Source: Bdellovibrionales bacterium
GTDB taxonomy: Bacteria; Bdellovibrionota; Bdellovibrionia; Bdellovibrionales; Bdellovibrionaceae
Direction: 5' to 3'
Length of the DNA stretch: 64,000 nucleotides
Assembly (NCBI GenBank): GCA_031370005.1
Contig: JANMPT010000043.1
Span: forward strand, 1-64,000
Numbering within the stretch: the stretch's first letter is position 1; each line of letters opens with the position of its first letter. Below, in pieces: positions 59,025 through 64,000 of the stretch. Under the pieces are notes generated by a model. The model did no database searches and was not told the DNA's origin. It worked only from the letters and a program-made list of their open reading frames with translations. The translations under genes were made by a program, and so were the position numbers.

Positions 59025-59984
59025 CTAGGACATGTTTAGAGCTTTTTCAATTTTTGCTTTTAGCAATGCACTTTCCTCTTGGGTTGGAGCCTCGCCCCAT
59101 TTTTGGGTAAACTCAGCCACAGCGGCAGCATAGGCTTTTTGGAACATTTCTTGTTTAATTAAGGGGATGCCATTTTCAAGACTATTACGCTGCTCGCGCA
59201 GTTGCTGGGTCGTTTGCAAAACCTGCTCATCTATGGCGACTTGCAGGTCGTGATAGGCATGCTCCATTTGAACGATGAGCATGACACTAAAAAATACGGG
59301 GGCATAGAGTTTACGAAAAGTATTATAGGCTTCAATTTTTCCTTGTTGACCGAGGGCAATTCGGACCTCTTCCGCGTGGGGATTAAAGCCATCACGAATG
59401 ACCTTGTACATAAGTTCAGAGGACAGGCTTTTGTTTTTAAGAGATGGCAGGGCAAAGGGCAAGCGAGTCAGATCGCCGAGGCGACTCGCCTGTAGATTCC
59501 AAACGCGGTCCAATAGCTTTTTGAGTAAACCGATTTTTTCTGGGTTATAAATATCATTCCATGTCTTGAGAAAACCTTCTTTGAGGAGCTGCTCCTTGAT
59601 GATTAAGATAGTGGACTCCTCAAGCCGCTGGTCGCCAGATTTAAAGAGCCAACGATCGACGAGTTCTTTAGAGCCAAAGAGTGCTGTGCCAAGTTCAATG
59701 GTATATCTTTCGAGGGCTTTGTCTGAAGGGAAACTGCGCACCTCAAGATCATTGACGAGCCTTCTGATTTTTCTTTTTCGAAACCAAGAAAGGTTTTGGG
59801 TATATTCCTCGAAAGACTTTCCATTTAGCAGAAACTGCGAGTTCTCACCGTCTATTTTTTCTAAAATATCTTGGACGGTGGGCTGAAAAATTGCATCACA
59901 GCGAATGACTTTGGCGTCGGCGGAGGGGAGTCCGCCAAAAACAAGAAGAGCTGCAAAAATAAAAGTGCGACTGCTTATATGCAT
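59025..59984 (-). CDS. Hypothetical exported helical protein with one internal hydrophobic helix
   Basis: Signal peptide ending ADA, then KVIRCDAIF; hydrophobic YAPVFFSVMLIV; coiled-coil C-terminus. Confidence 0.7.
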   Translation of the reverse strand: MHISSRTFIFAALLVFGGLPSADAKVIRCDAIFQPTVQDILEKIDGENSQFLLNGKSFEEYTQNLSWFRKRKIRRLVNDLEVRSFPSDKALERYTIELGTALFGSKELVDRWLFKSGDQRLEESTILIIKEQLLKEGFLKTWNDIYNPEKIGLLKKLLDRVWNLQASRLGDLTRLPFALPSLKNKSLSSELMYKVIRDGFNPHAEEVRIALGQQGKIEAYNTFRKLYAPVFFSVMLIVQMEHAYHDLQVAIDEQVLQTTQQLREQRNSLENGIPLIKQEMFQKAYAAAVAEFTQKWGEAPTQEESALLKAKIEKALNMS

Positions 59985-59997
59985 GGTCTACCTAAGA

Positions 59998-60816
59998 TCA
60001 TTGAAGTGCAGCGGAGGCGGCCCTTAAAGACGCCCGGGTCATTTGGATTTCTTTGATGATGACTTCTGTTTGTGCCCCTTGCAGTCCAGAGATAAGCGCA
60101 GCTAAGTTGCCGGCGTTCATAACCAGGGTGCCGATCATCATGGATGCTTTTGATTCCCTTTGAGTGAAACTATAAATCACCAGAGCAGAGCCGATCAGCT
60201 GACCAACTTGAGAAACCAATCTATTACGAGAGACTTCACTTTCTTGGGTCTGGTATTGAACTAAGGAGTTCTGAGTACTTTTGATGGAAAGGCCTAATTG
60301 AGTAAGGACGGCAGAGGTGTTTTTGTCGTTAGATGTTTGAGCAAGGGCGGCGGTAATATTTTTTTGAGCTTCTGCAAGTTGGATTCCGATGGTCTTTGTG
60401 TCTGTGCTTGGTTTTAATACTTTGCTGGTCAGACCGCCCATCGTAGAGCTCACCGTTGCGCCGACAGAAAAGACGCCCAAGACACTTAAAAAAAGCAGAT
60501 TATATAGCGAACCTTCGTCACGGCCTTTGCGCAGGCTCATATGTGCTAATGCAGAAAGGCCAAGGCCGAGCCCTGCACCGGCGACAGCTAAGCCATTGGC
60601 GAATCGGCCCTTGCCAGTTTTTGTCCTGATAGCTTCAAGGGTGTTAGACAAAGTCTGATCTAAGAGAATCAGCTCGTGGTTGATAGCACCTAGATTTTCT
60701 TTGGCATTTGAGATCGCCTGTTCGCCAACGCCTTCCGTGCGATCGGAATTAGCATACCCGGAGCTTTGAACTGATATGAGGCCAGCAAGGGTCAATGATA
60801 AAGCCTTTGTTTTCAT
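59998..60816 (-). CDS. Hypothetical exported protein with Gly-rich hydrophobic hairpins and coiled coils
   Basis: Start MKTKA after GGGAG; signal peptide; four Gly/Ala-rich hydrophobic segments separated by heptad helices. Confidence 0.7.
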   Translation of the reverse strand: MKTKALSLTLAGLISVQSSGYANSDRTEGVGEQAISNAKENLGAINHELILLDQTLSNTLEAIRTKTGKGRFANGLAVAGAGLGLGLSALAHMSLRKGRDEGSLYNLLFLSVLGVFSVGATVSSTMGGLTSKVLKPSTDTKTIGIQLAEAQKNITAALAQTSNDKNTSAVLTQLGLSIKSTQNSLVQYQTQESEVSRNRLVSQVGQLIGSALVIYSFTQRESKASMMIGTLVMNAGNLAALISGLQGAQTEVIIKEIQMTRASLRAASAALQ

Positions 60817-60869
60817 GTAACTCTCCCTAATCATTTGAAAAAGCGAATTCTAGAGTTCGCAGGAAATCT

Positions 60870-60885
60870 AGCGATAGTCATACCA
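60870..60885 (-). promoter_or_regulatory. Putative sigma54 promoter
   Basis: The minus strand reads TGGTATGACTATCGCT, fitting GG-N10-GC. Confidence 0.45.
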
Positions 60886-60988
60886 AGGAGGGTAGGGCTT
60901 AAAATTGATCTGAGGGTTTCATTTTGTCGAAATAATTTATCTTAGCCGTAGGTTGTCATGTTTTAAAAAGTAGTGTTATTTATGGAGA

Positions 60989-61651
60989 ATGCGCAACGAA
61001 GTCTCTAAAGCTCAAACTTATATTGAGTCACTCATCAGCGAAGAGGCCCTCAGTAAACGTAAGTCTCGTGATTTTGCTGAAGAGCTCGGTCTTGGGAAGA
61101 TCTGCTTGTCTCCTTCTGAGGGAAGTTTGTTGGCCTTCATGGTACGCCTGCTCGGATGTCATAAATTTGTAGAAATTGGAAGTCTCACGGGGCTTTCCGC
61201 CCAGTATATTTTGGAGGGCATGAACGGCAATGGGGAGCTCTGGTCCCTGGAGAAAACAGAGCCTCATGCTGCCAAAGCATTAGAGGCTCTTTCTCAGCAC
61301 CCAGCTGCTAAAAAGGTTCATGTCCTTCTTGGCGATGCGCGGATTACGCTAGAGGAGCTTAAGGCACAGGGGCCTTTTGATGGGGTATTTATTGATGGCA
61401 ACAAAGCGGCCTATGGGGATTACTTGGACTGGGCTGAAAAAAATATTCGCTTTGGAGGCCTGATCGTCGCTGATAATGTGTTTTTGAGCGGTGCTGTTTG
61501 GGGTGATAACGAGGGGCATAGCAAAAAGTTCAGCGAAAAACAGATAAAGGTCATGCAGTGCTTTAATAAACGTTTAAGTGACCCGACACTTTACGACAGC
61601 ATCCTCGTTCCGACAAACGAAGGAATGCTCTTGGCGGTGAAAAGATTTTAG
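60989..61651 (+). CDS. Class I O-methyltransferase (Methyltransf_3)
   Basis: VEIGSLTGLS, GDA, FDGVFIDGNK..Y and GGLIVADN. Confidence 0.92.
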   Translation: MRNEVSKAQTYIESLISEEALSKRKSRDFAEELGLGKICLSPSEGSLLAFMVRLLGCHKFVEIGSLTGLSAQYILEGMNGNGELWSLEKTEPHAAKALEALSQHPAAKKVHVLLGDARITLEELKAQGPFDGVFIDGNKAAYGDYLDWAEKNIRFGGLIVADNVFLSGAVWGDNEGHSKKFSEKQIKVMQCFNKRLSDPTLYDSILVPTNEGMLLAVKRF

Positions 61652-62466
61652 GATTCCCGCAAAGGTGTTGAGATTTCCTGAAGAAATTTTTCCACAGCTG
61701 GGGCGTATTCATCTCTGCAATCACGCAAACCCGTAAGATGCTCTGCCTCGGGGAGACTCAGCTTTCGCCAATCTAAATTGTGATGGGGTTCAAAAACCGC
61801 GTCAATGTGATCCGGGGGGATCAAGCGATCCTTCCAGCCACGAATCGAAAGAATTTTAAAATTTTTTGGAAACAGCTCAAGGTCTGTATGCAGATCTTTA
61901 TGCAAATAAGGACTCCAGATATAAGACAAAAGTGGAGTCAGCGCATGGTGAAATACCGCTGAATTTATTTTCCATTCGTACTTCGCCAGGTTTGAGAAAG
62001 ATTCAACAAATTTTCCAGAGGGCCCGCTGTCAAAAATTATTCCGTCGACATCCGCACACAGGCGGTGAGCCAGGGCTTCAATCGCCGCACCTCCAGGGTT
62101 TGAAAAAGCAAAGATGATCTTTTTGCCAGGGATGATATTGAGTAGGTTTTCAATTTGATCCGCATACACATGCTTGAGGCCAAATTTCATTTGGGAACTC
62201 ACTGGCATTTTTAAATTTTCTACGAGCTCCTTGCGTTTTTTGAATGGAGTCAGAAGACCTTGGGAAAAATCAAGAAGGGCCGGGGTCTTTTGCAAATCAA
62301 AGACGACGCTGTCATAGCCAAGATCGGTGACAAGCTTCACATGCCGGGCAAGTTCGCGTTGAAGAGCGCCAAAGAAAGGAACAAACAAGACGGTCTCTTC
62401 GTACTTTTTATTTTTGGATTTAAAAAGCCGACCTTCATAGGGAAAAGAGACCGTTGTAGAAGTCAT
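61648..62466 (-). CDS. Alpha/beta hydrolase fold protein (DUF829/TMEM53-like motifs)
   Basis: Nucleophile elbow FAFSNPGG, IIFDSGP, putative Asp (KDRLI) and His (EHL). Confidence 0.6.
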   Translation of the reverse strand: MTSTTVSFPYEGRLFKSKNKKYEETVLFVPFFGALQRELARHVKLVTDLGYDSVVFDLQKTPALLDFSQGLLTPFKKRKELVENLKMPVSSQMKFGLKHVYADQIENLLNIIPGKKIIFAFSNPGGAAIEALAHRLCADVDGIIFDSGPSGKFVESFSNLAKYEWKINSAVFHHALTPLLSYIWSPYLHKDLHTDLELFPKNFKILSIRGWKDRLIPPDHIDAVFEPHHNLDWRKLSLPEAEHLTGLRDCRDEYAPAVEKFLQEISTPLRES

Positions 62467-62475
62467 TATAGAATC

Positions 62476-63999
62476 CTAGTGTTTGTTTGCCTGGTTCTTA
62501 GAAGGCCAAAGCTCAGTCCAATGATTTGTTGTTTTGCCTGCATGTTGAGTTTGCTCTAAAGCTGTATCGCGAACGATAACTTGCTCCAAAGCGGTCTCAG
62601 CTAAGACCTTGCCACAAGCTTCTATGATGCTATCCCCGTCAATGCCATGGAAGGCATAGACTTCAGAAGGGCGACCACATTTTGAATGTTTTCTAACGGC
62701 GCAGGCCTCTTGCCTTACGCCAATGACAGAACCAAGGTTGTCTAATAAGCCAGCTTCGCCATCATGAACACTGACAATAGGCACGCGCTTGCCTGCAACT
62801 GTGATCAGGTCTCCGGCGGAAACCTCTTCGGATTTTCTTAAGTACAAGTCCGAGTTGATACCTAAATCGTGTTTCAAATAAGCATAGTCATTTTCGTGAG
62901 CGTGAATACCGGCAACAAGATCAGGTGAAGTTACTACGATCACATTGGCATAGATGCCATGACCGAGAAGAGTTTCTGAAGCCTTAATTCCCTCAGTAAC
63001 AAGAGAGCCCATTGCAAAGATATTCACGACGTTGTCTCCGGGCTCATAGCCTGCATAACCGCGGTAGTCGATCAGGTAATAAGCGCCCTGAAGGACTTCC
63101 TCTCGAACTTGGCGAAGAATTTGTGCGTCGTCTAAGCTTGCGGCTTCTTCCTCACTTGTCCCATTATTGACAGGAAATTCAGCGCGAGCCAGTTTTGTGT
63201 CCAAATCTTTTTTAAAACGAGCTTGTTTTTTTAAGTAGAACATCATGTCTTTTTGTTCAGCGCCGCGAGTGACAAGCCTAAGTAGAACTCCCGTCCGGCC
63301 TGCATTGTTGTTCATCACATGACGTTTGATTGCATCACATAAGATCCAATCTAGCTCCTGGCAGAAGAAGGGCTCCCAAGTGATTTGATTTGGAATTTGG
63401 ATATCGGACTTCCAACCATGCTGAGCTCCTTCCGGAGACAGAGTCACACCAGAGGGTGTGCCCACGCAAATAAAGGAACTCTTCCAGTAGAGATTGTAGA
63501 AATATTGATCCAAAGCGCGTTTGATGAAGAAGTCATAAACCGTCATTAAAGGAATGATGGGAACTCCAATTGTATCGCGTAGACGGCCAAAAGCACCCAC
63601 GCAAGACATGACGTTGCCCTCAGCAATTTCAAAACGGAGAAAACGATCTGTAACCTCTTCGCCAGGAATTAAATCTGGAAGTTTATGATCTTTCACGCCA
63701 AGTTCTGATTCTAAATCTTCAGCAACAACCGGGGCGCCAAATATTTTTCCATCCATTGCGGGATTCAGGTTTGTTGAGGTTCCGACGTCAGGCGCCATGG
63801 AGATAAAAAGTTCGCCAGGAAGTTTGAAGGCCTTTTCGGAGTCGGTCAGAGGCTTTTGTTTTTCTGCAAGCTTTGTTTCTTCGTAGGGTGTGTTTGAAAT
63901 CCGAGTCAGCTTTGCGGTTAGCTGACCGAGCATCCACTGTGTATGAGGATAACTGGTCATTTTCGTATTGATATCAAGAGACTCTGGCAGTTCGCCCCA
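62476..63999 (-). CDS. Pyruvate dehydrogenase E1 / transketolase-family enzyme, C-terminal part (5' end outside the window)
   Basis: PDVGTSTNL, EIAEGN, VYDFF..R..D, GTPSGVTLSPEGAQH and VVTSPD; the frame is open to the window end. Confidence 0.85.
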   Translation of the reverse strand, partial: WGELPESLDINTKMTSYPHTQWMLGQLTAKLTRISNTPYEETKLAEKQKPLTDSEKAFKLPGELFISMAPDVGTSTNLNPAMDGKIFGAPVVAEDLESELGVKDHKLPDLIPGEEVTDRFLRFEIAEGNVMSCVGAFGRLRDTIGVPIIPLMTVYDFFIKRALDQYFYNLYWKSSFICVGTPSGVTLSPEGAQHGWKSDIQIPNQITWEPFFCQELDWILCDAIKRHVMNNNAGRTGVLLRLVTRGAEQKDMMFYLKKQARFKKDLDTKLARAEFPVNNGTSEEEAASLDDAQILRQVREEVLQGAYYLIDYRGYAGYEPGDNVVNIFAMGSLVTEGIKASETLLGHGIYANVIVVTSPDLVAGIHAHENDYAYLKHDLGINSDLYLRKSEEVSAGDLITVAGKRVPIVSVHDGEAGLLDNLGSVIGVRQEACAVRKHSKCGRPSEVYAFHGIDGDSIIEACGKVLAETALEQVIVRDTALEQTQHAGKTTNHWTELWPSKNQANKH

Positions 64000-64000
64000 T

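Overview
This is a gene-dense chromosomal segment from a Bdellovibrionota (Bdellovibrio-like) bacterium. The assignment rests on a histone I recognise as near-identical to Bd0055/HBb next to ligA-gatCAB, a Bd0367-like REC-GGDEF protein and a SpeD-SpeE fusion. Most of the window is housekeeping: murD, ligA, gatCAB, ppx, icd, sodB, the RNase P RNA, a leucine/methylcrotonyl-CoA degradation cluster, xth, a PBP, dksA, speA/speB, leuS, trmB, trxB, a split peptide ABC transporter and a partial pyruvate dehydrogenase E1. About ten lineage-specific secreted or membrane proteins are interspersed. I saw no tRNA, rRNA, CRISPR array, transposase or prophage. The most interesting signals are these. (1) A bacterial histone with a perfect inverted repeat upstream. 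(2) A GGDEF enzyme carrying the Asp-to-Ser 'Hypr' signature of 3',3'-cGAMP synthases. (3) A very divergent SelO-like AMPylase next to an orphan circularly permuted ATP-grasp ligase whose start is overlapped by an unannotated 17-aa ORF with a strong RBS. (4) Five sigma28-type promoters, each flanked by a degenerate GTCTCA-N3-TGAGAC palindrome or half-site, suggesting an undescribed co-regulator. (5) Three sigma54-type promoters in front of uncharacterised exported proteins, including a two-gene unit with pore-former-like hydrophobic hairpins. (6) A short stop-codon-anchored palindromic repeat. All family calls come from motif recognition by eye; no database searches were run.
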